A stretch of 64,000 nt of DNA from Candidatus Omnitrophota bacterium (GCA_022709525.1 JAKLIQ010000003.1:1771-65770); one strand, 5' to 3'. Positions 37,557 to 48,351 are shown, counted from the first letter of the stretch. A program made the numbers and translations. Notes: generated by a model from the sequence alone, not told the origin.

Positions 37557-40268
37557 ATGAGCCTTCTTAATAGCTTTGGCAGCAAGGTAACGCTTCGGAT
37601 CGGGGGGATGGATTACACCATCTATCGTCTGCGCGCTCTTCAGGAATGCGGCGTTGCAAAGGTTCTCCGCCTGCCTTATTCGATCCGGGTGCTTCTTGAG
37701 AACTTGCTCCGCAACGAGGACGGAAAGAATGTCACCCGTCACGATATCGAGAATCTCGCGAACTGGGATCCCAAAAAAAAGAGCGAATACGAGATCGCCT
37801 TTACTCCCGCGCGGGTCCTTTTGCAGGATTTTACGGGCGTTCCGGCTGTGGTCGACCTTGCGGCTATGCGCGAAGCGATGGTTAAAATGGGCGGCGACCC
37901 CAAAAAGATCAACCCTCTTCAGCCCGTCGATCTTGTGATCGACCATTCGGTGCAAACGGATTTTTATGGAACCCCCGAAGCGTTCGGAAAAAATATCGCC
38001 AAGGAGTTCGAGCGCAACAAAGAACGCTATCAGTTCCTTAAATGGGGGCAGAAGGCTTTCAATAATTTCCGCGTGGTACCGCCGGCGACGGGCATTATCC
38101 ACCAGGTGAACCTTGAATATCTTTCCCCGGTGATCTTCAGCCGCAAAGAAGGCGGAAAAACATTCCTTTATCCGGATACGCTTGTGGGAACCGATTCGCA
38201 TACGACCATGATCAACGGGCTTGGCGTGCTCGGGTGGGGCGTGGGCGGGATCGAAGCGGAAGCGGCCATGCTCGGGCAGCCGGTTTCCATGCTGATCCCC
38301 GAGGTTGTTGGTTTTCGTTTCACAGGAAAATTAAAAGAAGGCGTGACGGCGACGGATCTCGTCCTGACTGTCACGCAAATGTTGCGCAAAAAAGGCGTGG
38401 TCGGAAAATTCGTTGAATTCTTCGGCTCCGGCGTGACAGAACTTTCACTTGCCGACCGCGCGGTTGTTGCGAACATGGCCCCTGAATATGGCGCCACCGC
38501 CGGATTTTTCCCCGTGGACCAGGAAACCCTCGCTTTTCTCAAATTGACCGGCCGAAGTGAAGAACAGATCAAGCTCGCGGAAACCTATTTGAAAGAACAA
38601 GGGCTTTTCCGCGAAAGCGGCGAAGACCGCATTCTCTATTCGGATACGCTCGAACTCGATCTTTCGGACGTGACCCCGAGCCTTGCCGGGCCCAAACGGC
38701 CCCAGGACCGCGTTACCCTTAAAGAAGCGGCGCCTTCTTTTAAAAAAATGCTGGCTGAAACGGTAAAAAATAAAAAAGATCTTGCCAAAAAAGCCCCTCT
38801 TGAGATCGCCGGCGAAAAGTGCGAGCTGGAGCAAGGCTCTGTCGTGATCGCTTCGATCACAAGCTGTACGAACACTTCAAGCCCTTCCGTGATGCTGGCG
38901 GCGGGGATCCTTGCAAAAAAAGCGATTCAAAAAGGATTAACGGTCAAACCGTGGGTCAAAACCAGTCTTGCGCCGGGCTCGCAGGTCGTAACCGATTATT
39001 TGGCGGCAAGCGGGCTTCTTTCCTGCCTTGAAGTGCTGAAGTTTAATCTCGTAGGTTACGGTTGTATGACCTGCATCGGAAATTCCGGACCCTTGCCCGA
39101 ACCGGTCGCAAAAGCAATCAAGGAGAAAGATCTTGTCGTGGCTTCAGTCCTTTCGGGAAATCGGAATTTCGAAGGGCGCGTGCATTCCCAGGTTCGGGCT
39201 AATTATTTGGCCTCACCGCCGCTGGTGGTGGCTTATGCGATCGCCGGAACGATCATGATCGATCTTGAAAAAGATCCTCTCGGCAAAGGAAAGAACGGCA
39301 AACCCGTTTTTCTGAAAGACATCTGGCCAAGCTCAGCCGAGATCCGCGAGGCTTTAAAAAGCGTCGATGCGGCCATGTTCCGGAAACGGTATAAAAATGT
39401 TTTTGAAGGGAACGAATCCTGGAAAGCCCTGACGGCGCCTTCGGGCGACACCTTTTCTTGGGACAAAAAATCCGCTTACGTCAAACAGCCGCCTTATTTT
39501 AAAAAAATGCCGGCATTACCGCAGGAACTTAAAAATATCAAAAACGCCCGCGTCCTGGCCATGCTCGGAGATTCCATTACGACGGATCACATTTCTCCGG
39601 CCGGCCACATCGCTCCGGCAAGCTCCGCCGGGAAATACTTGATCGAGCGGGGGATCGAGCCAAAAGATTTTAATTCTTACGGGGCAAGGCGCGGCAACCA
39701 CGAGGTCATGATGCGCGGAACTTTTGCGAACATCCGCCTCCGGAACCTTCTTGTGCCTGGGATTGAAGGCGGCATGACAAAATATTTTTCAGAGAAAAGC
39801 CTGCCTGCCGGCAGGCAGGGAAAGCCCGCCGTTATGTCGATCTTTGACGCCGCGATGGCCTATCAGGAAGAAGATCGTCCGCTCGTGATCCTTGCCGGCA
39901 AAGAATACGGTTCCGGTTCATCGCGGGACTGGGCGGCCAAGGGTCCTGCGCTTTTAGGGGTTCGCGCGGTCATTGCCGAAGGTTACGAAAGGATCCACCG
40001 CAGCAATCTGATCGGAATGGGTATCCTTCCGCTCCAGTTTTTCCAAGGACAAAACGCCGCTTCTTTTAAATTAACGGGAGAGGAGACCTATTCGATCGAA
40101 GGGATCTCAAAAGGGTTGAAACCGGGAAAGATCCTGACGGTAAGGGCCTTCGCCGGGGGCAAGGAGAAGGTTTTTGAAGTGGTTTGCCGTATTGATACGC
40201 CGGTCGAACTGGAATATTACAGGCACGGCGGCATCCTTCCTTATGTCTTGCGGCAGCTTTTGAAATAA
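37557..40268 (+). CDS. acnA: Aconitate hydratase A.
   Basis: 903 aa with Fe-S ligand motifs ([15 protein letters not shown]) and the C-terminal swivel domain. Confidence 0.9.
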   Translation: MSLLNSFGSKVTLRIGGMDYTIYRLRALQECGVAKVLRLPYSIRVLLENLLRNEDGKNVTRHDIENLANWDPKKKSEYEIAFTPARVLLQDFTGVPAVVDLAAMREAMVKMGGDPKKINPLQPVDLVIDHSVQTDFYGTPEAFGKNIAKEFERNKERYQFLKWGQKAFNNFRVVPPATGIIHQVNLEYLSPVIFSRKEGGKTFLYPDTLVGTDSHTTMINGLGVLGWGVGGIEAEAAMLGQPVSMLIPEVVGFRFTGKLKEGVTATDLVLTVTQMLRKKGVVGKFVEFFGSGVTELSLADRAVVANMAPEYGATAGFFPVDQETLAFLKLTGRSEEQIKLAETYLKEQGLFRESGEDRILYSDTLELDLSDVTPSLAGPKRPQDRVTLKEAAPSFKKMLAETVKNKKDLAKKAPLEIAGEKCELEQGSVVIASITSCTNTSSPSVMLAAGILAKKAIQKGLTVKPWVKTSLAPGSQVVTDYLAASGLLSCLEVLKFNLVGYGCMTCIGNSGPLPEPVAKAIKEKDLVVASVLSGNRNFEGRVHSQVRANYLASPPLVVAYAIAGTIMIDLEKDPLGKGKNGKPVFLKDIWPSSAEIREALKSVDAAMFRKRYKNVFEGNESWKALTAPSGDTFSWDKKSAYVKQPPYFKKMPALPQELKNIKNARVLAMLGDSITTDHISPAGHIAPASSAGKYLIERGIEPKDFNSYGARRGNHEVMMRGTFANIRLRNLLVPGIEGGMTKYFSEKSLPAGRQGKPAVMSIFDAAMAYQEEDRPLVILAGKEYGSGSSRDWAAKGPALLGVRAVIAEGYERIHRSNLIGMGILPLQFFQGQNAASFKLTGEETYSIEGISKGLKPGKILTVRAFAGGKEKVFEVVCRIDTPVELEYYRHGGILPYVLRQLLK

Positions 40269-40344
40269 AAGACAGTTCCTGTTTTTTCCGCTTCGAGTAT
40301 AATAACCGCATTCGTTCATCCGACAATCATTCAGGGATCATAAA

Positions 40345-41502
40345 ATGCCTCACAAAATAAAAAAAGAACCTTCAAGCGCTTCAAAACTGGTCAAGGGTCT
40401 GGAAGGGGTCGTCGCCGCTCAAACATCCTTAAGCGATGTGGATGGCGAGAACGGCCGGCTTCTCTATCGCGGTATTCCGATCGGGGAATTGGTCGAAAAA
40501 TCCCACTTTGAAGAGGTGGCTTATCTTCTCTGGTACGGAAAACTTCCGACCGCCACAGAACTCGATGATTTTAAAAACACTCTCAAGGTCCAGCGGCCTC
40601 TTTCTGACAGGGCCTTGGAGGTTTTAAAACTTATCCCGACCACAACGCATCCGATGAGCGCGCTGCGCACCATGTGTTCGCTGATGGGCAGCCTGGACCC
40701 CAGGGCGCATATCGTCAATCCCGAAGAATCCCTGCGCAAGGCGTATCATCTGACCGGCGTTTTCCCGACGATCATCGCCGCTTTTTACCGGCTTCGTGAA
40801 GGCAAAGAACCCATCGCTCCCGACATGAGCCTTTCTCACGCGGCAAACTTTCTTTACATGATGCACGGCAATAAGCCGACCCCTGAAATGGAAAAAGCGC
40901 TCGATGCTTACCTGATCCTTTTAGCCGATCACGGGCTTAACGCTTCAACCTTCGCAGCTCGCGTAACAACGGGAACATTATCCAATCTTTACTCGGCGGT
41001 TACTTCCGCCGTCGGGACCCTGGCCGGCGAACTGCACGGCGCGGCCAACCAATATGCCATGGAAATGATCCTTGAGATCGGTTCTCCGAAGAACGCCGCG
41101 GCGTATGTGAACAAACTTTTGGATGAGAAAAAGAAAGTCATGGGTTTTGGACACCGGATTTACAAGACCCGCGATCCGCGCGCCGAAGCTTTCCGCCAGA
41201 TCGCCCGCAACCTTTGTGTCAAAGCCGGAAAAACAGAATGGCTTGAGATCGCGGATCAAGTCGAAAAAGTGATGATGGAGCGGAAGAACATTCCTTGCAA
41301 CGTCGACTTTTTTTCGGCGCCGGTCCTTTATGTCCTGGGGTTTCCCCCGGACTTTTTTACCACCGTTTTTGCCGCAAGCCGCGTTGCCGGGTGGAGCGGG
41401 CATATCATCGAGCAGCAGCTTGACAACCGTCTTATCCGTCCGCTGGCGGAATACATCGGTCCGCAGGAGCAATATTATATTCCGCGCGAAGAGCGGAAGT
41501 AA
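40345..41502 (+). CDS. gltA: Citrate synthase (small, 385 aa type).
   Basis: Citrate synthase active-site regions GFGHRIYKTRDPRA and HIIEQQ. Confidence 0.85.
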   Translation: MPHKIKKEPSSASKLVKGLEGVVAAQTSLSDVDGENGRLLYRGIPIGELVEKSHFEEVAYLLWYGKLPTATELDDFKNTLKVQRPLSDRALEVLKLIPTTTHPMSALRTMCSLMGSLDPRAHIVNPEESLRKAYHLTGVFPTIIAAFYRLREGKEPIAPDMSLSHAANFLYMMHGNKPTPEMEKALDAYLILLADHGLNASTFAARVTTGTLSNLYSAVTSAVGTLAGELHGAANQYAMEMILEIGSPKNAAAYVNKLLDEKKKVMGFGHRIYKTRDPRAEAFRQIARNLCVKAGKTEWLEIADQVEKVMMERKNIPCNVDFFSAPVLYVLGFPPDFFTTVFAASRVAGWSGHIIEQQLDNRLIRPLAEYIGPQEQYYIPREERK

Positions 41503-41544
41503 CCGGACCCCTACTGAACGAAGCACCTACAATCCGGGCTGGCC

Positions 41545-42909
41545 ATGACCGCGAACGTTGATTACGCGTATGATCAATATCTAAAGGCCCACGAAGCGCA
41601 AGCCGTCCCCGCCATCCTCCGCTTCAAGGAAAAGCTCAAGGGGCCCTCTTTTTCTTACGGCCGGTTCTCCGTTCCCGCTTTTTACAAAGGATATTTCGTT
41701 TCTTCCAGGCAGCAGCGGCTTCTTAAGCGCGTTTCGTCGGCTTTTTCCGAGATCATGAATAAGACCGCCCGCCTTTATTTTGAAGAAGCCCAGATGAAAA
41801 CACACTTCCGCCTCTCGCCCGAAGCCGAAGAGCTGATCCGGATCGATCCGGGCTATTCGCGTTATGTGGTCTTCAGCCGTTTTGACGCTCTTATGGAAGG
41901 GGAAAGCCTGAAACTTCTGGAATTCAACAGCGACGCTCCCACGGGCGCTTCCTACACCGATCAGCTTGAGTCGGCCTTTCTTTCCGAAGAACTGGTATGG
42001 CCTTTCGCCGGCGAACATCATTTGGCCGCCAGCGAACGCGTCCAAGGGATCCTTTCGACCTTATTGTCCGTTTATGAAGAATTCGGCGGCTACGAGACGC
42101 CGCAGATCGCGATCGTGGACTGGCGTCATGCCAAAACGGCCGCTGAATTTGAACATATGAAAGGACATTTTGAATCCAAGGGATATAAAACCACCATCGC
42201 CGATCCACGCGAGCTTCAATACAAAGGCGGCAAGCTTTATCACAAAGGTTTCCGGGTGCACCTTATTTACCGTTGCGTGGCTTTTGATGAGCTTGTGGAG
42301 CGGCTTGACGAGGTCCAGGATCTTTTGCGCGCTTATAAGGACAAAGCGGTGTGCATGGTCAATCCCTTAAGATCGCGGCTTGCGTCCAGCAAATCGGCTT
42401 TTTCTCTTTTAACGACGCCGGAGTTTGACCGGTTCTTTACGGAAAATGAAAATGAGATCAAACGCCAACATCTTCCGTGGACCCGCTGCCTTTCCGCCGC
42501 GGAGGATTTTTACGGCCACCGGAAAGTTTTTCTGATCGATTTTTTAAAAGACGAAAAGGAGACCGTTGTCTTAAAACCTTCCGGTTCCAGCCATGGCGCC
42601 AGGAATGTCGCGATCGGAAGGGAAACGCCCGACAGCGATTGGAACGCGGTCGTGGACAGGGCGCTCAAAGAGGAAGATTGGGTGATCCAGGAATATGTTT
42701 CGGTCCCCGCCATGACCGTTCCTGAGGTCGTGAACCAAAAACTGGATTTTATTTACAAAAAATACAATTTTAATCTCCTGGTTTTCGGCGGAAAATACGC
42801 CGGGGGTTTTGCAAGATTGAGCGATGAGAGCGTGATCAACGTGGCGACCGGCGGCGGCTTGATGCCGGCCATCTGGTCCGATGTCGCGCCGGAACATTTT
42901 GGGACTTGA
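41545..42909 (+). CDS. Glutathionylspermidine-synthase-like / circularly permuted ATP-grasp family protein.
   Basis: LEFNSDAPTGASY resembles the pre-ATP-grasp EnNaDtPT motif of the YgiC/Gsp family. The C-terminal portion is ATP-grasp-like. Confidence 0.45.
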   Translation: MTANVDYAYDQYLKAHEAQAVPAILRFKEKLKGPSFSYGRFSVPAFYKGYFVSSRQQRLLKRVSSAFSEIMNKTARLYFEEAQMKTHFRLSPEAEELIRIDPGYSRYVVFSRFDALMEGESLKLLEFNSDAPTGASYTDQLESAFLSEELVWPFAGEHHLAASERVQGILSTLLSVYEEFGGYETPQIAIVDWRHAKTAAEFEHMKGHFESKGYKTTIADPRELQYKGGKLYHKGFRVHLIYRCVAFDELVERLDEVQDLLRAYKDKAVCMVNPLRSRLASSKSAFSLLTTPEFDRFFTENENEIKRQHLPWTRCLSAAEDFYGHRKVFLIDFLKDEKETVVLKPSGSSHGARNVAIGRETPDSDWNAVVDRALKEEDWVIQEYVSVPAMTVPEVVNQKLDFIYKKYNFNLLVFGGKYAGGFARLSDESVINVATGGGLMPAIWSDVAPEHFGT

Positions 42910-42940
42910 AGCTTCGGAAAACGAGGTGTAGTTTAGTAGC

Positions 42941-43414
42941 GTGCATCATCCGGAGGCGGCTGTGAAGCCAACAAAAAAAAGACGCGTTTTTTCAAAAGAA
43001 GAAGCCGACGCCCTGGTGCCGGAGCTTGAAAAACGCCTTAGAAACCTCCGCGAAAAAAAAGAATCTTACAGCCGCACTCACGACTCCCTTTTCATGCACG
43101 AGCTGGTCTGCGCCGCCGAACGCTCCAACGGCCTCCCTGAAGAACGCGACGATCTCGAGGCCGGTATTCACGCCCTTGAAGAAGCGATCGAAGAACTCGC
43201 CAAAGACATCGAAGGCATTTTTGCGATAGGGTGTTTTCTTCGCGACATCGAGACCGGTTATGTCGAGTTCCTCGGCCTTTACGACGGGCAAGAAGTTTAT
43301 TTTTCCTGGCGGCTGGGAGAGCCCGGCGTTGCTCACTACCGGCTTATGAACGGGAAAAGACACGACCGCATTCCCTTAAGCGGCGAAAAAACCGCGAATA
43401 AGAAAAGCAAGTAA
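42941..43414 (+). CDS. Hypothetical protein.
   Basis: ORF with local codon usage. Acidic helical N-terminus. No recognisable domain. Confidence 0.4.
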   Translation: MHHPEAAVKPTKKRRVFSKEEADALVPELEKRLRNLREKKESYSRTHDSLFMHELVCAAERSNGLPEERDDLEAGIHALEEAIEELAKDIEGIFAIGCFLRDIETGYVEFLGLYDGQEVYFSWRLGEPGVAHYRLMNGKRHDRIPLSGEKTANKKSK

Positions 43415-43430
43415 CACCCTCCCCACAAAC

Positions 43431-44507
43431 TCAAGCGACGGAAGGCTCTAAGGAAGGGTCGAGACTGTCCGAATCTTCGGAGCTCGAGAGCGAGGCGGCT
43501 TCCGGCTGGTTTTCCAGGGAAATATCCGCGTCTTTTTCAGGCTCTGTCTTCTGGAGAGGAAGGGGAGTTTCTTTTTTGGGACGGCCAGTCGCAGGAAGCG
43601 CCTCCGCCCGGGAAGGGATTTCTGCAAAGGCCTTCGTTTTTGAAGGTTTTTCACCTGGTCTGAATTGCCGCATCATGAAGCGCGGGTCTTTTTCATCCAG
43701 GAAAATCTCTTTAGTCCCGTAAGGTACCCTCAAGATAAATTCCAGAGGATCGATAACGTCCAAAGCATCCACTTGAGTAAAAAAGATCGCGCTTCCTTTT
43801 TTTGTTTCGGGAGAAGCGATCGTGATCTTCTTGGGAAAAATCACCGGGCCGAAAGCGCCGCCGCGGTCCGGAAGTTTTTTAAAATCATACCGCCGGATCT
43901 CGGTCATGGGGCGCCCCTTGGGATCGTAAAAAATTTCTCCGCGGACATCGCCTTCCGGGGTCAAATAAAGTTTTCGCGTGAGCGTTTCCTCCCCGTCCCT
44001 TTTCCCGTATACATCCAGGCTTGTCACGATTGCATTTGCCCTCTCAACTTTTGTCCGCCGCGGGTCGACGGCCATGGGCTTTAAGGCCCGGTAAAGATCG
44101 CGGGCTTTCAGATGGCTTTCGATCTCGGGGGAATCCTCCAGGTCGAAGATCGAGCCGTGGTAAACGGTATTTTGTGCAGGAAGGTAAAGGTCGAAGCGCC
44201 GGTCAAGCGTCCGGAAGGCGAAGACGAGCTCGCTTTGACTGTCGACGCAGGCAAGGAAGAGTCTCTCCTCCAGCCGCTGGTAAAGAAGTTCTCCGCCGCA
44301 CATGGCCCGGGAGCCTTCCGCCGTCGCAAAGAAAAGAAGCACATCCGCCCTGATCGCGATCCAGCGGTAATGCCTGTCCTCGATCTTGCGGAGGATCCCT
44401 TCAAGCTCTCCGCCGGGGGCGGAGGCCGCGAAAATGCGGCAGGAAAAACCAAGGCAAAAAAAGGCCAGGAAAAAAATCAAGATCTGCGAGCGCGGGATGC
44501 GGCTCAT
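43431..44507 (-). CDS. Secreted or membrane-anchored hypothetical protein with a proline/serine-rich acidic C-terminus.
   Basis: N-terminal signal peptide (ILIFFLAFFCLGFSCRIFAASA). Abuts the downstream phosphatidyltransferase gene, so it is likely co-transcribed. Confidence 0.5.
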   Translation of the reverse strand: MSRIPRSQILIFFLAFFCLGFSCRIFAASAPGGELEGILRKIEDRHYRWIAIRADVLLFFATAEGSRAMCGGELLYQRLEERLFLACVDSQSELVFAFRTLDRRFDLYLPAQNTVYHGSIFDLEDSPEIESHLKARDLYRALKPMAVDPRRTKVERANAIVTSLDVYGKRDGEETLTRKLYLTPEGDVRGEIFYDPKGRPMTEIRRYDFKKLPDRGGAFGPVIFPKKITIASPETKKGSAIFFTQVDALDVIDPLEFILRVPYGTKEIFLDEKDPRFMMRQFRPGEKPSKTKAFAEIPSRAEALPATGRPKKETPLPLQKTEPEKDADISLENQPEAASLSSSEDSDSLDPSLEPSVA

Positions 44508-45104
44508 TTAGCTTTTCGGGGCTTCTTCGAGGGTCTTTTTTGCGTGGAGGATGCGCTGGACAGCGTTGACATGGGTGCCGATGAGAAGGACAAGCAAGGA
44601 AAGCTTCAGCAGGGGGAAAAAGATCGTGCCTGCCGCTAAAATAAAGATCCGCTCCGCCCTGCCGAACATCCCGACACCGCAATGCTTGATGAAATTCTCT
44701 GCCCGGGCTTTTGTATAGCTAACTGCAAAGGTTCCGAGCAGGATGCCGAGCGAGACGATGAACCAAAAAATATCGCCGCCCCGGACGAAAAAGACGGCCA
44801 AGCCGGCAAAGATAAAAAAATCTGAATAACGGTCCACCGAAGAATCCAAAAAGGCCCCGAAGGGGCTTGTTTTTCCCGTCGCGCGAGCCAGGGGACCGTC
44901 CAGCAGGTCTCCCAATCCGGCCACTAGCAGCATGATCCCGCCCAGGAAAAGAAAACCTTTCGCGTAGATAATGCCGGTCAAAAAATTAAGCGCCGCGCCG
45001 GCAAACGTCAATTGGTTTGGAGAAATACCCTGCGCGCTCAAAAAAGCGACGATCTTAGCGATCGCCGGCTCGAATTTAGGGTAAAGACTTTCGCGCAAGG
45101 CCAT
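44508..45104 (-). CDS. CDP-alcohol phosphatidyltransferase family protein. Candidate phosphatidylinositol-phosphate synthase.
   Basis: D-G-x2-A-R-x8-G-x3-D-x3-D motif (GDLLDGPLARATGKTSPFGAFLDSSVDRYSD). Multi-TM protein. Located immediately downstream of the myo-inositol-1-phosphate synthase gene. Confidence 0.8.
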   Translation of the reverse strand: MALRESLYPKFEPAIAKIVAFLSAQGISPNQLTFAGAALNFLTGIIYAKGFLFLGGIMLLVAGLGDLLDGPLARATGKTSPFGAFLDSSVDRYSDFFIFAGLAVFFVRGGDIFWFIVSLGILLGTFAVSYTKARAENFIKHCGVGMFGRAERIFILAAGTIFFPLLKLSLLVLLIGTHVNAVQRILHAKKTLEEAPKS

Positions 45105-45110
45105 GATGTC

Positions 45111-46226
45111 CTAGCGGGGGCAGGTGCCCTGGATGAACTTGCGAACAAGCTCTTTAGCTTCGTAGTCCACGATCTGTTTGGGCGGATGCTTCATTGTGTA
45201 AGCCGATATGGAGATCAACGGTCCGCCGATCTTGCGGTCCCGGGCGATCCGGCAGGCCCGTATAGCATCAATGGAACAACCGGCGCTGTTCGGGGAATCT
45301 TCGACTGAAAGGCGCATTTCCGCTGTCACGGGAAAACCGCCGAAGCCGCGGCCTTCGATCCGAAGGTAGCAGACCTTGTTGTCGTTTTGCCAGGGAACAT
45401 AATCCGAAGGGCCGATGTGGATATTGTCTTCCTCCAAAGGCGCATCAAGCTGGCTTTGGACGGCGGAAGTTTTCGAGATCTTTTTTGACTCCAATCGCGA
45501 GCGGTTCAGCATATTCAAGAAATCCGTGTTGCCGCCCGTATTAAGCTGGTAAGTGCGGTCGATCTTCACGCCCCGATCCATGAAAAGTTTCGCGAGCGTC
45601 CGGTGAGTGACCGTGGCGCCGATCTGCGCTTTGATGTCGTCACCGACGCAGGGGATCCGTTTTGTTTCGAAGCGTTTCGCCCAGGCGGGGTTGGACACGA
45701 TAAAAACCGGCATGCAATTGATAAGACTGACACCCGTTTTTAGGCAAGCTTCAGCGTAGAACTCAGTGGCTTTCTGGGATCCGACCGGAAGATAATTAAT
45801 GAGGATCTCCGCGCCGCTTTCTTTCAGCACCTTCTCGACGTTACAGGGTTTTTTGCTCGCAGGGACAAAGGTGCGGTCTTCCTTATAATTCGCCATGTGT
45901 TCGGAAACACCGTCCAAAATATTCCCCATCTCCACTTTTACCTTGCTTTTGGAGACCGCCCCGATCGGCCAGACACAGTTGGGTTTGGCGTTAAGCGCCA
46001 CATCTAAGCGCTCGCCGACCTTGCGCTTATCAATATCAAAAGCGGCGACGACCTCGATATCCTGGGGGAAATAGCCGCCCATGTCATAATTCATCAGGCC
46101 GAAACAATCGATCGGCTTATCTTTGCTTGATTTTTGGTTAGCCAGGCCCCGGTAATGCTCAATGCCCTGCACAAGCGATGCCGCGCAGTTCCCGGCGCCG
46201 ACGATGGCGATCTTGATCTTGCTCAT
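45111..46226 (-). CDS. ino1: myo-Inositol-1-phosphate synthase.
   Basis: KIAIVGAGNCAASLVQG Rossmann motif and MIPS-family pattern. Start set at the ATG with GGGAGGAG RBS. Confidence 0.85.
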   Translation of the reverse strand: MSKIKIAIVGAGNCAASLVQGIEHYRGLANQKSSKDKPIDCFGLMNYDMGGYFPQDIEVVAAFDIDKRKVGERLDVALNAKPNCVWPIGAVSKSKVKVEMGNILDGVSEHMANYKEDRTFVPASKKPCNVEKVLKESGAEILINYLPVGSQKATEFYAEACLKTGVSLINCMPVFIVSNPAWAKRFETKRIPCVGDDIKAQIGATVTHRTLAKLFMDRGVKIDRTYQLNTGGNTDFLNMLNRSRLESKKISKTSAVQSQLDAPLEEDNIHIGPSDYVPWQNDNKVCYLRIEGRGFGGFPVTAEMRLSVEDSPNSAGCSIDAIRACRIARDRKIGGPLISISAYTMKHPPKQIVDYEAKELVRKFIQGTCPR

Positions 46227-46483
46227 TGACTCCTCCCGGTTGATCATGATGAAGACAAAAAGGGGATCTATTTAGCAGATGGCCGAGTATCATAACAGCA
46301 AACGGGCGAAAATCAAGGAAAACAAGGCGCTTCTAAGCGTTTTTGCCAGATGAAGTTACGTTTTATACGTCCGATAACCCTAAAAATCATGATTTCTATC
46401 GAGCCCCAAAGGTTTTATGCTACAATGCGTTGCTTTGAAAAAAACAGTCTATTAAGTCCGATAACTCTTGGAGGAAAGAGCAA

Positions 46484-46804
46484 ATGGCGTCTTATGAGGA
46501 TTTTCAAAAACTAGAGATCAAAATCGCCCAGGTTGAGGCCGTCGAACCGCATCCCAACGCGGACCGGCTTTACGTCCTTAAGATCAAGGTCGGGGAAGTG
46601 CACAAACAGATCGTGGCGGGCATCAAAGCCCATTATACCCCCGAAGAATTACAAGGGAAAAAGATCGTCATTATTGATAATTTGGACCCCGCCGTGATCC
46701 GGGGAGTGGAATCGAACGGAATGCTTTTAGCCGCTTCTGACCCCACAACATTAACGCTCGTTGTTCCCGAACGTCCCATTCCCGATGGCGCAAAGGTCAA
46801 ATAA
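46484..46804 (+). CDS. csaA: tRNA-binding protein (CsaA/EMAP-II-like OB fold).
   Basis: KIAQVEAVEPHPNADRLYVLKIKVGE...IVAGI pattern of the Myf/CsaA tRNA-binding domain. Confidence 0.7.
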   Translation: MASYEDFQKLEIKIAQVEAVEPHPNADRLYVLKIKVGEVHKQIVAGIKAHYTPEELQGKKIVIIDNLDPAVIRGVESNGMLLAASDPTTLTLVVPERPIPDGAKVK

Positions 46805-46867
46805 GGGTCGGTTTTTAAAAAGCAAACGGCAAAGAACAATACGCCCGATTCTTTTTTGCCGCTCTTA

Positions 46868-46896
46868 TTGTCAAAGACCATGCCGCGTGCTATCAT
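46868..46896 (+). promoter_or_regulatory. Sigma70-like promoter: TTGTCA-17 nt-TATCAT. It is upstream of a roughly 110 nt leader for the DUF1015 gene.
   Basis: The -35 and -10 hexamers have optimal 17-nt spacing. Located downstream of a csaA terminator-like hairpin. Confidence 0.35.
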
Positions 46897-47016
46897 CCCG
46901 TCTCTATGAACCTCGTTAGATCTCTGGTTTGAGATTGCATGAGGAACTTTCGGGAAAAATGAAATTATGGGATTTTCTTAAATCTCAGAACCCAAGCGAA
47001 AAGGAGATCTAACGGG

Positions 47017-48351
47017 GTGAAAGACCTGCGCGGGTCCCTCAACAAAACAAAATATCTGGATTTCCAGCCCTTTAAGGCGTGGCGGTATGACACCCAGCGG
47101 GTGGATGTTTCTACCGTTCTGGCTCCTCCTTATGACGTGATCTCCCAGGAGAAACAGCAGAAGCTTTACGACCGCTCCGCCTACAACTGTATCCGTCTTA
47201 TTTTAAATAAGAAAAATCCCAACGATACAGATCAGAATAACGCCTACACGCGCGCCAGGGACGCTTTTCAGCATTGGCAGAAAGAAGGCATCCTTATCAG
47301 GGAAAAAGAACCCTGCTACTACGTTTATCGCCAAACTTTTAAAGACCCCGTGACCGGTTCCATTAAAAATCGCTTCGCGTTGCTCGGGCGCGTACGCCTT
47401 GAGCCTTTTGAAAAAGGGATCATCGTTCCTCATGAAAAGACCCTTCGCGGGCCTAAAGAGGACCGCATGAAACTTTTAAGGACCGTCCAGACTAATTTTT
47501 CTCCCGTTTTCGGTCTTTATAAGGACAAGGAATTTACGATTCGCGGCATCATCCAGGACCCCATGAACTCTAGGCCGATCTTTGAGGCCGAGGACGACGA
47601 CAAGATCGTGCACACGCTTTGGGCGATCGAGGACGTCGACATTATTGCCAAAGTCCAAAAAGCCCTTCTTTCGCAAAAAGTCTATATCGCCGACGGGCAT
47701 CATCGCTACGAAACCGCGCTGGAGTATGCCCGGCATCAAAGGGAAGAGGAAAGGTCCTCCGATCTTGTGCTTTTCCCCTACGATTATATGTACATGGCGC
47801 TCGTGAGCTTTGACGATCCCGGTTTTATCGTGCTTCCCACGCACCGCATCGTGACCAAGCTGGGCATGGAGAACGGAGAGATCATCCGCCGTCTTGAAGA
47901 GTATTTTAAGGTGGAAAAAGTTCCCCTCGAGAAACTCAAGCAAATGACCGCCGCTTATGATAGCGCCGGGAAGACCTTCGGGCTCGTCATGGAAGAGGGG
48001 AGTTTTCTCCTGACCATGATCGATAAAGAAAAGGCCAGAAAAAAGATCGCCCAGCAAAAGCCCGCCATCTGGTACGACCTGAACGTGAATATCCTTGGCC
48101 ATCTGATCTTCGCCGAATTGCTTGATCTCAAAGAGGACCGGTGGGAGGCGACGCTTAAATTTGAGCATACGGTCGACGGCGCTGTAGCGCCGGTTCAAAG
48201 AGGCGAGGCGCAAGCCGCTTTTCTTTTACAGCCGCCCAAGGTGGAGATGCTTGAAAAAATGGGCGTTGTCAACGAGCGCATGCCCCAGAAATCCACCTAT
48301 TTTTATCCCAAGCTCGCGAGCGGGCTCGTTTTTTATTCGCATAAAGAATAA
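47017..48351 (+). CDS. DUF1015-domain protein (GTG start).
   Basis: N-terminal F-x-A-W-R-Y motif (PFKAWRYD) and the overall 444 aa length typical of DUF1015 proteins. AAGGAG RBS upstream. Confidence 0.65.
   Translation: MKDLRGSLNKTKYLDFQPFKAWRYDTQRVDVSTVLAPPYDVISQEKQQKLYDRSAYNCIRLILNKKNPNDTDQNNAYTRARDAFQHWQKEGILIREKEPCYYVYRQTFKDPVTGSIKNRFALLGRVRLEPFEKGIIVPHEKTLRGPKEDRMKLLRTVQTNFSPVFGLYKDKEFTIRGIIQDPMNSRPIFEAEDDDKIVHTLWAIEDVDIIAKVQKALLSQKVYIADGHHRYETALEYARHQREEERSSDLVLFPYDYMYMALVSFDDPGFIVLPTHRIVTKLGMENGEIIRRLEEYFKVEKVPLEKLKQMTAAYDSAGKTFGLVMEEGSFLLTMIDKEKARKKIAQQKPAIWYDLNVNILGHLIFAELLDLKEDRWEATLKFEHTVDGAVAPVQRGEAQAAFLLQPPKVEMLEKMGVVNERMPQKSTYFYPKLASGLVFYSHKE

Noticed and set aside
46367-46472. 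Two copies of GTCCGATAAC in the ino1-csaA divergent spacer
   Set aside because: It is a short 10-nt direct repeat with 3' flanks that differ. It could be a regulator site but the evidence is too thin to call.
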